From UHGV virus genome UHGV-0066004: a DNA stretch of 64,000 bases. One strand, written 5' to 3'. The stretch comes from a virus. Both the position numbers and the translations under genes were made by a program. Below, piece by piece: positions 44,711 to 55,028 of the stretch; position 1 is the stretch's first letter; each line of letters opens with the position of its first letter. A model generated the notes under the pieces. That model was not told where the DNA came from, did no database searches, and was given only the letters and a program-made list of their open reading frames with translations.

Positions 44711-46945
44711 CTAAACACCACAACCCTCGCAATAAGCATCTTGCAGTGCAGATTTACCTACACCAATGCGGCTGTTAAGGTAGTACATGGTTTTCATACC
44801 TACCGAGTTGGCATAAATCATGTACTTCAGAGCTTGAGCCAATGATACCTTCTTAGACTTTGCATAGTCAACATAGAAGTCTGAAGAGATAGCCTGACCA
44901 GTGAACTTTTGAACAATTGCATAACAATCAATCATATCAAAGGTGTCAATATCCCAAGCAATCTCATAGACATACTTCAACTCTTCATAATCTGGAACAA
45001 TAAACAGTACGTTACCAGTTGCAGACTTTTTAGTTAAAATAAAGTCACGAATTGGGTACAAGCCATTTGTCGTATTAGTTGCCAGTGAAGAACTCTCATT
45101 AGGCATATAAGCCTCAAGTACAGAGTTTCGGATTCCACCATTTTCTTTGATACGTTGTGCTAAGTCGTCCCAATCATATCGTAGTTTTGCATCATGCTTT
45201 TCATCAATCTTCTTGTTAGCTGTCTTTGGAGGAACCCATCCTTCAGGATACTTAGTGAACTTCATGTACTCTGGAACGCCACGCTCTTTAGCAAGTCTCA
45301 GAGAGGCTTCATGCAGATAGTAAGAGTGCATCTCTGCAAGTTCATGAAGCTTCGTCTTACCTGCTCGTGAAGAGTAGTTCACGTAGTTCTTCGCAAGGTA
45401 ATGAGCCACATTTGTAAGGCCAATCCCAACAGAACGACGCTTCTGAACATGGTTACGCATCGACGGATACGGATAATCCATAAGGTCAATAACGGAGTCA
45501 ACCATTGCAAGAGCATAATAAGCAACGTCAGCGTATTCATCTTCTGAAATTCTCCCTGCAACCAAACTAGCTAGGAAGCAAAGAGCCACCTCACCATCCT
45601 CTTTCACAGCATCGTCTCTGTAAAGGTCTGTCTCTTTCTCAAAACCATACACTGGCAACACAATTTCCATACAAAGATTTGACATCTTCAAAGGCTCTTT
45701 AAATGGTGTATGTGTGTTCGCATTATTTGTGAAGAATGGATACACACGGCCTGTTGCGTAACGCTGCTGAATAAACAGTTTAGCAATTTCACGAGCCTTT
45801 ACTCGTCTGTGCTTAACTCCTGAATGTACTGCGTGACCAACTGCCATAGCAAACTCATCAGCAGATGCTGTGTAGAACATGTCATAGAGTTTTGGTGCAT
45901 CTTTGTAAGAGAATAGCAACCAATCTGTATCATACTGGACACACTGCCAGAAATAATCGTTTGTGCCGAATGAGTAGTCCATCTCATTAATACGTTTAGA
46001 AGGAACCGTTGTAGGGTGCTTCAAACGCAGTAAATCTTCAATCTGCGGGTCTAGAGCAGTGTAAAAGTTATTAGCTGAACCACCACGGCTCTTCTGTTTG
46101 TTTGCCTCTACAGATGAACGTACAAGCTTGTAATAAGGTAGCTTACCCATGTGCTCAATAGTATTTTGACGGATACCATCACCAATAGTGCGAGTCTCCA
46201 TCAGCATACCAATACCAGCTTGCTTTGTAGTCATATCATAAGCAACCTTTGCAGCAATACCAAGTGATTCAGCAGTATCATTTGCCTTAATCAAACAGCA
46301 TGACGCATAGCCTGACTTGGTGGCTCTTAAACCGTTTAAATAAGGTGTAGGAGCATTAATCTTCAGGTCAGACAGGTAAGTGTACAGCTTGATAACATCT
46401 TGCAGTCTACGGTGCTTTGGTTGCTTCTCAAAGGCTTTCATAGCCATACCCATAAACATAAACTGTGGTGACTCAAAAAGTCTTCCAGTTTTAATATCAC
46501 GGATACCGTACTTGTCTCTGAACTGTTTCAAGACTGCATAACCGTAAGAGATATCTTTTGAGTGTACGATGTAACCTTGCAGGTATTCAAGCTCTTCCTG
46601 TGAATAGTCCATCTTCTCCCAAAGTCCTGCTCTCTCCATATTTTTAACGAAGGTAATCAGTGTAGGAACCTTAGTAAAGCCTCCAAAGGCTTCTTTGTAG
46701 ATAATACCCAAAAGTAGCCGTCCAGCCATGTCTGAGTACTCTTGAGTTTGTTTATCAACACAAACATCAATCATGGCTTGGTGCATCTCTTTTGTAGTGC
46801 ATCCTTCATAGACACGTTTCATGGCTTCCATAGTGACTTCTGACCAGATAATTCCACGCTTATCTGCCCATGATGCCCACTTGTTCAGTCTTTCTGGGTC
46901 AAAGCTTACTACTGTACCGTTTGATTTTTTAATTGTCTTAATCAT
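44711..46945 (-). CDS. nrdA: ribonucleotide reductase large subunit
   Basis: 744 aa with N-terminal ATP-cone-like segment and C-terminal Cys pair (YCEGCGV). Confidence 0.85.
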   Translation of the reverse strand: MIKTIKKSNGTVVSFDPERLNKWASWADKRGIIWSEVTMEAMKRVYEGCTTKEMHQAMIDVCVDKQTQEYSDMAGRLLLGIIYKEAFGGFTKVPTLITFVKNMERAGLWEKMDYSQEELEYLQGYIVHSKDISYGYAVLKQFRDKYGIRDIKTGRLFESPQFMFMGMAMKAFEKQPKHRRLQDVIKLYTYLSDLKINAPTPYLNGLRATKSGYASCCLIKANDTAESLGIAAKVAYDMTTKQAGIGMLMETRTIGDGIRQNTIEHMGKLPYYKLVRSSVEANKQKSRGGSANNFYTALDPQIEDLLRLKHPTTVPSKRINEMDYSFGTNDYFWQCVQYDTDWLLFSYKDAPKLYDMFYTASADEFAMAVGHAVHSGVKHRRVKAREIAKLFIQQRYATGRVYPFFTNNANTHTPFKEPLKMSNLCMEIVLPVYGFEKETDLYRDDAVKEDGEVALCFLASLVAGRISEDEYADVAYYALAMVDSVIDLMDYPYPSMRNHVQKRRSVGIGLTNVAHYLAKNYVNYSSRAGKTKLHELAEMHSYYLHEASLRLAKERGVPEYMKFTKYPEGWVPPKTANKKIDEKHDAKLRYDWDDLAQRIKENGGIRNSVLEAYMPNESSSLATNTTNGLYPIRDFILTKKSATGNVLFIVPDYEELKYVYEIAWDIDTFDMIDCYAIVQKFTGQAISSDFYVDYAKSKKVSLAQALKYMIYANSVGMKTMYYLNSRIGVGKSALQDAYCEGCGV

Positions 46946-46962
46946 TTTTGAATCCTACAGAT

Positions 46963-46985
46963 GAAAAGAGCCTCCGAAGAGGCTC
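46963..46985 (-). terminator. intrinsic terminator with UUCG tetraloop
   Basis: GAGCCTC-UUCG-GAGGCTC followed by U-run on minus strand. Confidence 0.55.
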
Positions 46986-47041
46986 CATAGTTTAAATCTT
47001 GAAAATTTGCTCATTCTGCCACATATCGTAAAACTTATCAC

Positions 47042-47326
47042 TTACTTTGTGACTGAAGAAGTGTGCATACAATTTAGGAACCATGATGGTGCGCTAGCAT
47101 CCATAATTGTTTCAAGTTTTTGTGTAACGTTCACATCCATGTCTGCAACAACGTAATTACCTCTCATCTTGCAAACAATTCTTCCAAACAAGATTGCACT
47201 TCTGCCTCTTCGGTCATCACAGTACATAACTGTGTCTCCGTGCTTGATATCTTGTCCGATACTGTCAACACCTAACTTAGCACCTGAGATGATGTCATCA
47301 TAAGATAGCTTTTTTGCTTTAGACAC
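47042..47326 (-). CDS. hypothetical protein
   Basis: ORF in track. Confidence 0.45.
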   Translation of the reverse strand: MSKAKKLSYDDIISGAKLGVDSIGQDIKHGDTVMYCDDRRGRSAILFGRIVCKMRGNYVVADMDVNVTQKLETIMDASAPSWFLNCMHTSSVTK

Positions 47327-47651
47327 GGTATTTCTCCAAGTTTCTTTTTAGATACAACCAACCATAGTCAGTCCTTTCTACACCCATAAAGAGTGGAGCC
47401 ATCACAACTTTACCGAAAGTATTCCTGTGTTGGCAGATTTCAAAGGAATACTCTTTCTCAATATCAATCCCGTATTTGTACAGGACTGCTTTTAAAACTT
47501 GTTCATTGTCCAGAAGTGTATCTGGAGTCTCACCATATTTTTCTAGTAACGGGTCATTCATAAACACCGTCATAGAAATATTGTAGTTTGAGAAGTGGCT
47601 CTTCTGAGCCACACCCTCTTTATTAATGTTCTGTGAATCCATTATAACCAA
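47319..47651 (-). CDS. hypothetical protein
   Basis: ORF in track. Confidence 0.45.
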   Translation of the reverse strand: MVIMDSQNINKEGVAQKSHFSNYNISMTVFMNDPLLEKYGETPDTLLDNEQVLKAVLYKYGIDIEKEYSFEICQHRNTFGKVVMAPLFMGVERTDYGWLYLKRNLEKYRV

Positions 47652-48378
47652 CCCCTTTTAACCAGCACTTCAGGTTATTAGCATCATAATTCAGTTTCGG
47701 GTATGAGGTTACATGGAACTGCTCACCATCATAGTAGACAATATCTGCAATCCATAGTCCGTTCTCTTTACAGAAGTCTTTATCTGCTTTAGAGGTAATT
47801 GGATTAACTTCTACAAAACCATCTACACCCAAATCCTTTAAGCTACCTACAATACCTTTGCAGATAACGCATGTCTCAGATACTACCACAAAAAGTTCTT
47901 GGCTTTCAAGCTCTACAATGTATTCACCAAGCTGTACTTTAGGGAGATTTGATTGCTTCATAATCTTCCCATCGGCTGCACGAACAATCGCATACCACTC
48001 TTTACCATCAACTACTGACATTCTGATAATACACTCTTGACCAGTACGCTTTTCAATGTCTGCAAGACGTTTTAAAGCTTCTTCATAGTCATCTGTGTAC
48101 TTCAGGTCATTATTATGGCAAACAGCTTTCATAGCACCGTTATGGTCATGTTGTGACAGATAAATCAATCCGTCAAGAACATATTGCAAATCCGCCTGAG
48201 CATCCAGTGTCTCAATGGGGTCTTTCTCTTCAATTGCTTTTACAAGCTCTTTTGCTTCTTCAAGCATACACAGAGATTGAGATTTTAAAGATTCCCAATA
48301 CTCATCACTGTAAGGTTGCTTTTGAGTGTTTCCACAACGAAGGTTCCAGTTTTTTACTGATTCTCTTGAGTTAAACAT
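47623..48378 (-). CDS. hypothetical protein
   Basis: 251-aa ORF. Confidence 0.5.
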   Translation of the reverse strand: MFNSRESVKNWNLRCGNTQKQPYSDEYWESLKSQSLCMLEEAKELVKAIEEKDPIETLDAQADLQYVLDGLIYLSQHDHNGAMKAVCHNNDLKYTDDYEEALKRLADIEKRTGQECIIRMSVVDGKEWYAIVRAADGKIMKQSNLPKVQLGEYIVELESQELFVVVSETCVICKGIVGSLKDLGVDGFVEVNPITSKADKDFCKENGLWIADIVYYDGEQFHVTSYPKLNYDANNLKCWLKGVGYNGFTEH

Positions 48379-48617
48379 TTGGACTCCTTAAAATATTTGT
48401 TAACCTTTAGCTCTCGTGTTTCAATATATTCTAGATGCTCACGTAGCTCTTGACGTTTAAGCATTAGGTGCTGCATTTGAGATTCAACAGCTTCAACTTC
48501 TTTAATGATTGACTCTTTAGCATTTGCAAGAATGCGCTCAAGTTCTTCAATCTTGCTGTCAACTTTTGCTACATGACTTACAGCTTTACTTTTGTTAAAC
48601 ATTTTATTCTCTCTCAA
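48354..48617 (-). CDS. coiled-coil protein
   Basis: 87 aa, heptad-like charged sequence. Confidence 0.4.
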   Translation of the reverse strand: MRENKMFNKSKAVSHVAKVDSKIEELERILANAKESIIKEVEAVESQMQHLMLKRQELREHLEYIETRELKVNKYFKESKCLTQENQ

Positions 48618-48623
48618 TAGTTA

Positions 48624-49121
48624 TCAAGCACAATTTGCTTTCATTACCTTATGGATTCTTTTTTCAGCATCTTCATAAGTTTCTTTAGTAATAAACTTAA
48701 TTGCTGCAATATTGGCATTGTAGAAGAGTCTGAGCTTCGAGTCAATCCTTTTTGTCATTACATCGAACTTATGTTGAAGGTTTGCTTCACCATAAACTAG
48801 ACCACCTTTTGTGTAGTAGGTTTGGATAATGTAAAAGTCAAAAAACTCTTTTCCAAAGCTTTCAATATCTTTTTTGATATACTCAGAAGAAGTCTCATAA
48901 GTCATCCAATCACTTTCCTTAGTGACTATCTTCTTCCGAGTCTTACCAGCAACTTTTCTTTTGGTCACACTGTTAAGCTGCTTCTTACCCAAATAGTACT
49001 GTCCAGTCTTTTTGCAGTACACTAGGTAGACAAAACCAAAGTGCTTTGCTGGGTCAACTTCACCACATAGTGAAACCCAATGTCCATATTCAGGGCAATT
49101 GCCAAAACCTTTAACCTTCAT
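48624..49121 (-). CDS. GIY-YIG homing endonuclease (Seg-like)
   Basis: FGFVYLVYCKKTGQYYLGKK matches GIY-(10)-YIG spacing. Confidence 0.55.
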   Translation of the reverse strand: MKVKGFGNCPEYGHWVSLCGEVDPAKHFGFVYLVYCKKTGQYYLGKKQLNSVTKRKVAGKTRKKIVTKESDWMTYETSSEYIKKDIESFGKEFFDFYIIQTYYTKGGLVYGEANLQHKFDVMTKRIDSKLRLFYNANIAAIKFITKETYEDAEKRIHKVMKANCA

Positions 49122-49618
49122 TCATAAGCTTCTCCGTGATTTGAAAACTCTTTATGTAGTTCTTCTCTTTTCTTTTTGACAACTGATTCAGCCTCAGTGA
49201 TAGAGTCAAATAAACCTAGATGGTAGCATACTTTATTATGCTTGACTTGTGCAGCCCATCTACCTCTTTGCTTGTGGTAATATACACCCTTCACACCAGA
49301 CTTATTATCTTTTCTTTTGACTGCATTGCAGTTGTTGTCTGACCTGCTACACTCTCTCAAATTGTCGAACCAGTTGTCGTGCCTGATACCATTCTTGTGG
49401 TCAACAAATTTTGGGAGGTAGCCTTTCATATACAAGAATGCCAGTCTGTGTGCTGCATATCTTTTTCCGAAGAGTTTTATATAGATATAACCACTATGGT
49501 GTTTAAGACCTGCTACTGAGCCAGCTTTGGCCTTACCTCTTCTACCAACTAACCAAGTAAAGACCCCTGTTTCGGGGTCATAGTGCAGGTATTCTTTAAG
49601 AGTTTGTTGAGTTAACAT
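49118..49618 (-). CDS. HNH/AP2-type homing endonuclease
   Basis: Paralog of 59233..59760 (shared LHYDPETGVFTWL, AHRLA, C-terminal AP2-like KGV...GRW motif). Confidence 0.7.
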   Translation of the reverse strand: MLTQQTLKEYLHYDPETGVFTWLVGRRGKAKAGSVAGLKHHSGYIYIKLFGKRYAAHRLAFLYMKGYLPKFVDHKNGIRHDNWFDNLRECSRSDNNCNAVKRKDNKSGVKGVYYHKQRGRWAAQVKHNKVCYHLGLFDSITEAESVVKKKREELHKEFSNHGEAYE

Positions 49619-50642
49619 TTGGTGTCCACCCATACTTATCAAAAGTGAAATCGTCTTTCTTGTTTCTTTCCTGATAAGCTAAGAAAAAGTGTTGCTGCAT
49701 TAACTCTAAAGGTGTTCTGGTAATTGTTTGACCATCCCATGATACATAAGTGTATGACTCTTTCTTAGCATAAAGTTCATAGATAGCATCAAGGCACTCT
49801 TTATAAGTATTTTTACCTTCAAGGGCTTTCATTACAGTAGCCTTACCAACACCCTTTAAACCAAAATAATTATCAGCATTGTCACCAGCCACAGCTTGAT
49901 AACAAAGGAATTTAAAACCTACACCAACTGTCTTCTTAGCTTTTGGTGTTGATTTTATTGGGCAATCCCAAATTTCACCTACGTTGTTGTCAGCAATGAA
50001 AATCAAAGGCGACTTTTCATAGGTCATATCAATGCAGTAAGTCCCTTCAGCTTGGCGAAGGTCTTTATCAATACTCATCAAGGCAGCCTTTTTACCCATC
50101 TTTTCAGCTTTAGCAATAACGATAGAATCGGCTTCAAATCCATCAAGAATTAGTTTGAACTCTGGTCTTGACAGAAGATACTCACGACAAGCAACTAAGT
50201 GTGTTGGTGTGACAGCATCTTTACGGTTCCCTTGATATTGGTGCTCAAGACCTTTAATGTCTTTATGTTTATGCACACCTTTCTCTGTTAAATAACCTAC
50301 CCAAGTTCTCTCTTTACCAACAATCTTAAGCCATTCCTGAAGCACCTGTTGAGTAGCCATGATAGCTTCTTTTTCACTCTTAGCTTCTTTCCAAGTCTGT
50401 CTTTCCCATTCATCTTCATCAAATGTCAGGCCAAGCTCTTCCACAAGGATTCTCTGGTCTGCTAACCATCTTGCAGCATCTTTCGCATTATCAAATAGCT
50501 CAGATTCTTCTGCTGTGAGTTTATTGATGTATTTATATTTTGCTTTCTCAACTACACAAGCACCTTTATAGGCAATACTGTCAGAGTCAATAAAAACATG
50601 TGTAACTGAATCGGGAAGTTTTGTTAATGTGTACTTCTCCAT
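49596..50642 (-). CDS. 5'-3' exonuclease / flap endonuclease (RNase H-like)
   Basis: Acidic clusters FIDSDSIAY and MSIDKDLRQ typical of FEN/PIN-fold metal sites. Confidence 0.55.
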   Translation of the reverse strand: MEKYTLTKLPDSVTHVFIDSDSIAYKGACVVEKAKYKYINKLTAEESELFDNAKDAARWLADQRILVEELGLTFDEDEWERQTWKEAKSEKEAIMATQQVLQEWLKIVGKERTWVGYLTEKGVHKHKDIKGLEHQYQGNRKDAVTPTHLVACREYLLSRPEFKLILDGFEADSIVIAKAEKMGKKAALMSIDKDLRQAEGTYCIDMTYEKSPLIFIADNNVGEIWDCPIKSTPKAKKTVGVGFKFLCYQAVAGDNADNYFGLKGVGKATVMKALEGKNTYKECLDAIYELYAKKESYTYVSWDGQTITRTPLELMQQHFFLAYQERNKKDDFTFDKYGWTPNVNSTNS

Positions 50643-50704
50643 TATGGCTCTCCATATGAAAAAGCCCCATACTAAGTACAGGGCTTTAAAGTAACTTTTA
50701 GAGA

Positions 50705-51562
50705 TTAGTCTTCTGTATCGAAGTCTTCATCTTCTTCGTCATCTGGGTCTGGCAAATCTTCATCATCACCATCATCAGAAGCATTCGAAGATTTATGGTC
50801 TGTTGCGTCTTCTTCAGTGATTTCACCGTTATCTTCAACACCATCAAGACCAAGCATAGCCAGTTCATCTTCATCCAGTTCAGGTTCACCATTAGCACCG
50901 TTACCACCAGTGTAAGGTACAAGAGTATCAATGATAAACTGTTCCTGAATAGGTTTTGTCAGAACATTGTTCTCAAAAGTGTAGAAGTGAGTAGAAAGAA
51001 TCACACTACCAAAAGAACCATTACCAACTGCGATATCTGGATGAATTACATCATAGTTCTTGTCATCTTCATGTTTATCAGATGCTTGAGCTTTGATTTT
51101 CTTCATCGGCTGCTTAACAGCTACACGCTTACCATTTACTTCTTCAATCAGCATTACAGGGAATGACTGTTTAGCTGTCCATACAGCACCATCTTTATAA
51201 GCTGCTGCACGACTTACTTTCAAGATGTAGTAAGTGTCTGCTTCAAAAGGTGGCTTACAACCAAACTTCTCTTCGAAGTCGTCTGCATCAACTGCTTCAG
51301 TAGTGACTTTATCCCAGCCTTCTGGATTTTTCTTAGATTTAGTAAACTCTTTAAACAGTTTGTTACCGTCTTCTGCCAGAATTGATACGCTGTAGCTACA
51401 ATCTTTTCCTGGGAATTTCTTGTCAATAGATTTACCTTTACCCGGACGTGGTGAAGTGTTCAGGTAATAAAACCAGACATCTTTCAGCAGGTAACGCAGA
51501 GTTTGACGTTCAGTACCGTTGTACTTCTCTACCGGAGCTTTCATTTTAACAACTTTAGACAT
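50705..51562 (-). CDS. single-stranded DNA-binding protein (acidic C-terminal tail)
   Basis: 285 aa ending DDGDDEDLPDPDDEEDEDFDTED; sits in replication module. Confidence 0.5.
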   Translation of the reverse strand: MSKVVKMKAPVEKYNGTERQTLRYLLKDVWFYYLNTSPRPGKGKSIDKKFPGKDCSYSVSILAEDGNKLFKEFTKSKKNPEGWDKVTTEAVDADDFEEKFGCKPPFEADTYYILKVSRAAAYKDGAVWTAKQSFPVMLIEEVNGKRVAVKQPMKKIKAQASDKHEDDKNYDVIHPDIAVGNGSFGSVILSTHFYTFENNVLTKPIQEQFIIDTLVPYTGGNGANGEPELDEDELAMLGLDGVEDNGEITEEDATDHKSSNASDDGDDEDLPDPDDEEDEDFDTED

Positions 51563-51634
51563 TATTTAAACCTCTATCTCAATTTATGAAGAGTACCAAT
51601 TCTAATTTGTTGATACTCTATTGTCAAATACTAA

Positions 51635-51784
51635 TTACTGGAAGTTGTGCTTATCTTTAGAAGCTGCTTTACGTGCAGTTTTTCCAGTTCTTACACGTTT
51701 TTCTTCATAGTATTTTGCTGGTTTTCCAGCAGTGGCTTTTAAGGAATCCCCAAAAACTTTTTCAAATGCTTTAGAGTGTTTCAT
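51635..51784 (-). CDS. 49-aa basic protein (below track cutoff)
   Basis: ATGA-coupled to upstream ORF; MKHSKAFEKVFGDSLKATAGKPAKYYEEKRVRTGKTARKAASKDKHNFQ. Confidence 0.3.
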   Translation of the reverse strand: MKHSKAFEKVFGDSLKATAGKPAKYYEEKRVRTGKTARKAASKDKHNFQ

Positions 51785-52074
51785 GATATTCTCCGATATA
51801 CTTGATATTCAAACACATTTTCTTTCATTATAAACAGCCAACCAATATTATGCTGAGGCAGTGTAATGATGACTGTAATCATACTTTGATGGAACTGCTG
51901 TTCTATTTCAACTTCTCCATCGCATTTCATGTGGAGCATTCTATAGAACCTATCAATCTTTGTCAAACACTCTTCATGAAATTTATTTAAACTTTTTTCT
52001 TCAAATAAGGGTGTGAACCCCTCTCTTTTATAGCTATCACTCAGTTTCGAACGGGCAGTCATCTGCATCCTCAC
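51781..52074 (-). CDS. hypothetical protein
   Basis: ORF in track. Confidence 0.45.
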   Translation of the reverse strand: MRMQMTARSKLSDSYKREGFTPLFEEKSLNKFHEECLTKIDRFYRMLHMKCDGEVEIEQQFHQSMITVIITLPQHNIGWLFIMKENVFEYQVYRRIS

Positions 52075-54022
52075 TTAATACAGGTGGAATCGTTGAGCTT
52101 TGACGCTGCTCTTCAGTATAGACTTCACCAGTCTCACGGTCAAACACTTCATCCTCATAATGTGGCAAAGAGTCATCGTAATGGTCTTCAGCTTCACCAA
52201 TACCAAACTGTTGGCGAATATTTTCTGCTGCACCATCAATGTCAACTCCACAACCAGAGGCTTTAATGAGACGTCCTGTATCTGGATTGTACCAAGTATG
52301 ACCAGCAATACCTGTTGACTTACCGTGACGACGGCATTTAGTTAACTTGATTTTTGTCAAGTTTTTCTTAACAGGGTCTGGGTCAACCTTGTTACGCATT
52401 AACAGAATGTTGTTCATAGAAATCTGGAAATACGCACCAGAACCTTTAATATCCTCTTCAGAGATATCTCCACCTTCGGAGTTAGCCTTCTGACCACCTG
52501 CACTCTTACGAACGTGACAGACGTTCACCTGTGCATACTGGTAGCGTTTGCAACGACGCAATAGCTCAGATAAAACTTCCTCTTCATCCGTATCTGAACG
52601 TGACAGAGCCAACGTAATAGGGTCAAGAATAATAATCTTACAGTCTAAGCTGTTAACAAGACAGTCAACAAACTCCAGCAAGTTATCTTGGTCAATTGCC
52701 CCTTGATGGTCAACGATGTGGATACGACGACCTTTAGACAGTTCTGCGTGTGCCTTCTTCAATTCATCCCAATCACGTTCGTCATAAGGAATCTCAGAAA
52801 TCTGCTTGCTCAGGTGGATTGCACAGAGCATCTCCATCAACTCTTCATAGGTATCTTCTACAGGAATTACACCAATATTGTAATCGGTATCTTTCCAAGC
52901 AGTATAAATCATTTCACGAGTGTATGCAGATTTACCCACTGAAGAGGGTGCTGCCAGAGTTGTAATCTCACCTAAACCATAACCGCCATAAGTCAGTCTG
53001 TTCAAATCTCCGAATGATTCTGGGAAAGGAATCAATGGAATCTGACCACGATTCTTCATTGCCTCAAAACCATCTGCGAAGTTCTTGATACCAGCAGGGC
53101 AGTAACGGGGTGCATTGTATATACGCTGCTTAAACCCTTCAAGAACTGTATCTTTCTCTTTATAGAACTTTGTCCACCATTCGTTAAGGTCTTTTACACC
53201 CTCTGGATACTGGAATAAACGAACCTTCTCGATAGGGAGAATGCCAGCAGCCTCTTTGGTAGCTTTAGCACCTGCTTCATCGTTATCAAAGCACAAGTAA
53301 ATCTCATCAAATGATGTGATGTACTGATAGTTGTCTTTGATAGACTTAATGTTTGCACCTGATGGAACAGATACGTGACAGTAATTCTTACGACGAGACT
53401 TATCTTTAATCGCCAAAGAAGTCATGTAGATAGCTGTCGCACATTCCATCTCACCTTCCCAGATGAACAGTCGGTTCCCACCTTCTGGAGCAATCCATGA
53501 ACCGAACATTGCCAGTTCACCTTTGATATCTCCAACACCACCTGAAAAGTCTTTTAACTTACCACGTAGGTGTTCTTTTGGATGGTCTTCTGGGTAACGG
53601 TGACGAACACGGTAGCCAACATGTTCTAGCTTGCCATCTTCATTACGTTTGTAAGTTGGATAGAAATGTGCATCAATTTCACCATCACTATCAATGTCAA
53701 CCTTGATACCTAAACGTTCAAGGACTTTTGCAGGGATTTTCCTGTCTTTCAAGTCCATTGCTTCAAGGTTTTCTTTCACATCGTCTAAATCCATTCCACG
53801 GAAAGTACGGTTTTTATTGTCTGAACCAGTAGAATAAGTGCTCACGATTTGTCCTTTATCAAAATCCCACTCTGGGAAACCTTTGTTACAGCTAAAGCAA
53901 GTCATCGAATAAGAATCATCGTCATGATGATAGATTGAACCAGCATCTGATGAACCACAACGTGGACATGCACAATGACCAATAAACTGACCAGCCTCTT
54001 TCAATTTACGACCTTTAGACAT
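52037..54022 (-). CDS. bifunctional primase-helicase (T7 gp4-like)
   Basis: N-terminal Cys4 zinc finger (CPRCG...CFSC), central TOPRIM-like region, C-terminal DnaB-type Walker A (APSSVGKS). Confidence 0.8.
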   Translation of the reverse strand: MSKGRKLKEAGQFIGHCACPRCGSSDAGSIYHHDDDSYSMTCFSCNKGFPEWDFDKGQIVSTYSTGSDNKNRTFRGMDLDDVKENLEAMDLKDRKIPAKVLERLGIKVDIDSDGEIDAHFYPTYKRNEDGKLEHVGYRVRHRYPEDHPKEHLRGKLKDFSGGVGDIKGELAMFGSWIAPEGGNRLFIWEGEMECATAIYMTSLAIKDKSRRKNYCHVSVPSGANIKSIKDNYQYITSFDEIYLCFDNDEAGAKATKEAAGILPIEKVRLFQYPEGVKDLNEWWTKFYKEKDTVLEGFKQRIYNAPRYCPAGIKNFADGFEAMKNRGQIPLIPFPESFGDLNRLTYGGYGLGEITTLAAPSSVGKSAYTREMIYTAWKDTDYNIGVIPVEDTYEELMEMLCAIHLSKQISEIPYDERDWDELKKAHAELSKGRRIHIVDHQGAIDQDNLLEFVDCLVNSLDCKIIILDPITLALSRSDTDEEEVLSELLRRCKRYQYAQVNVCHVRKSAGGQKANSEGGDISEEDIKGSGAYFQISMNNILLMRNKVDPDPVKKNLTKIKLTKCRRHGKSTGIAGHTWYNPDTGRLIKASGCGVDIDGAAENIRQQFGIGEAEDHYDDSLPHYEDEVFDRETGEVYTEEQRQSSTIPPVLSEDADDCPFETE

Positions 54023-54215
54023 TAGCACCTCTTCGTTGTAGTTCTGCTTTTAATCCATTTTCAATCTTGTCCAGCTCATGAATTTCATCTGCAATCTCTT
54101 TCCTTCGTGATTCAACTCTCTTAAGACGTTCAATCATTACCTCATTGGAAAGAGATGAGAGTTCCACTAAACGGTGGTCAATAACTTTAAAATTGTCTTT
54201 TACTCTCATCTTCAT
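54015..54215 (-). CDS. hypothetical protein
   Basis: 66-aa ORF. Confidence 0.4.
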   Translation of the reverse strand: MKMRVKDNFKVIDHRLVELSSLSNEVMIERLKRVESRRKEIADEIHELDKIENGLKAELQRRGANV

Positions 54216-54223
54216 CCTCTCTT

Positions 54224-54967
54224 TTAAACTTTAATGATGGCTCTTAGCTTGTTCTCAAGGTCTGCAAGAGTACCATTATTATGAATAATGTCACGCTCAT
54301 ATTTTGTAGAAATGCCATTTTCTGAAACATGTGATGAAACTTTGTCCACATTGTCTCTTTTTACTTCAATAGTTTGGTGTGCAAATCTACTCAGCCATTC
54401 AGCTTCAGAGTCAAATCTTAAATCACTGATTAAGACAAAACCATATTGATTTCTAAGTGAGCACATTTCATGGAATCTAACCATTCTTTTTTCAAGGTCT
54501 TTAGACCAGAACTTGTCGCCCATTACTTTACGGACAACTTCAGTACCCCAAATCTGTTGAATTTGTCTTGATGAGAATTTATACTTTTTACTAAATCCCA
54601 GACGTGTTAATAGGGTAGGTTTAGCAACCTTCTTAAGCTCCATGATTAATCGTCCGGTTAACTCTGACATAAGCTTGAAGTCCATATGGTAACGTTCATC
54701 TCTGAAGGTGAACTCCATAGCTTCCGTAACTTTAAACATCAGTTCAGGATATGATAAGTCAAATACCTGTGGAGTCTCTTTAGTTTCACCATACAGGTCA
54801 TTCCAAGTCAGGTCAAATATCTTTGATGCAGACAGTTTAAGGTTGTCTGCAAAGGCCATTACAGCAACATTGTAGCCATACTCATCCTCTAAGATGTTCT
54901 TCACAATAGAACATGAGGTGTCTTTTCCAGAACGTGCCTTTCCAGTAAATGCGATAATATTACTCAT
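54224..54967 (-). CDS. deoxynucleoside monophosphate kinase
   Basis: N-terminus IIAFTGKARSGKDT closely parallels the T4 gp1 P-loop. Confidence 0.75.
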   Translation of the reverse strand: MSNIIAFTGKARSGKDTSCSIVKNILEDEYGYNVAVMAFADNLKLSASKIFDLTWNDLYGETKETPQVFDLSYPELMFKVTEAMEFTFRDERYHMDFKLMSELTGRLIMELKKVAKPTLLTRLGFSKKYKFSSRQIQQIWGTEVVRKVMGDKFWSKDLEKRMVRFHEMCSLRNQYGFVLISDLRFDSEAEWLSRFAHQTIEVKRDNVDKVSSHVSENGISTKYERDIIHNNGTLADLENKLRAIIKV

Positions 54968-54985
54968 TTTATCTCCCTTAATTAC

Positions 54986-55010
54986 TAAAAAGCCCCCAAC
55001 TAAGGAGGCT
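54986..55010 (-). terminator. intrinsic terminator
   Basis: AGCCTCC-loop-GGGGGCT followed by U-run on minus strand. Confidence 0.5.
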
Positions 55011-55028
55011 TGTAAGATTTATAAAGAC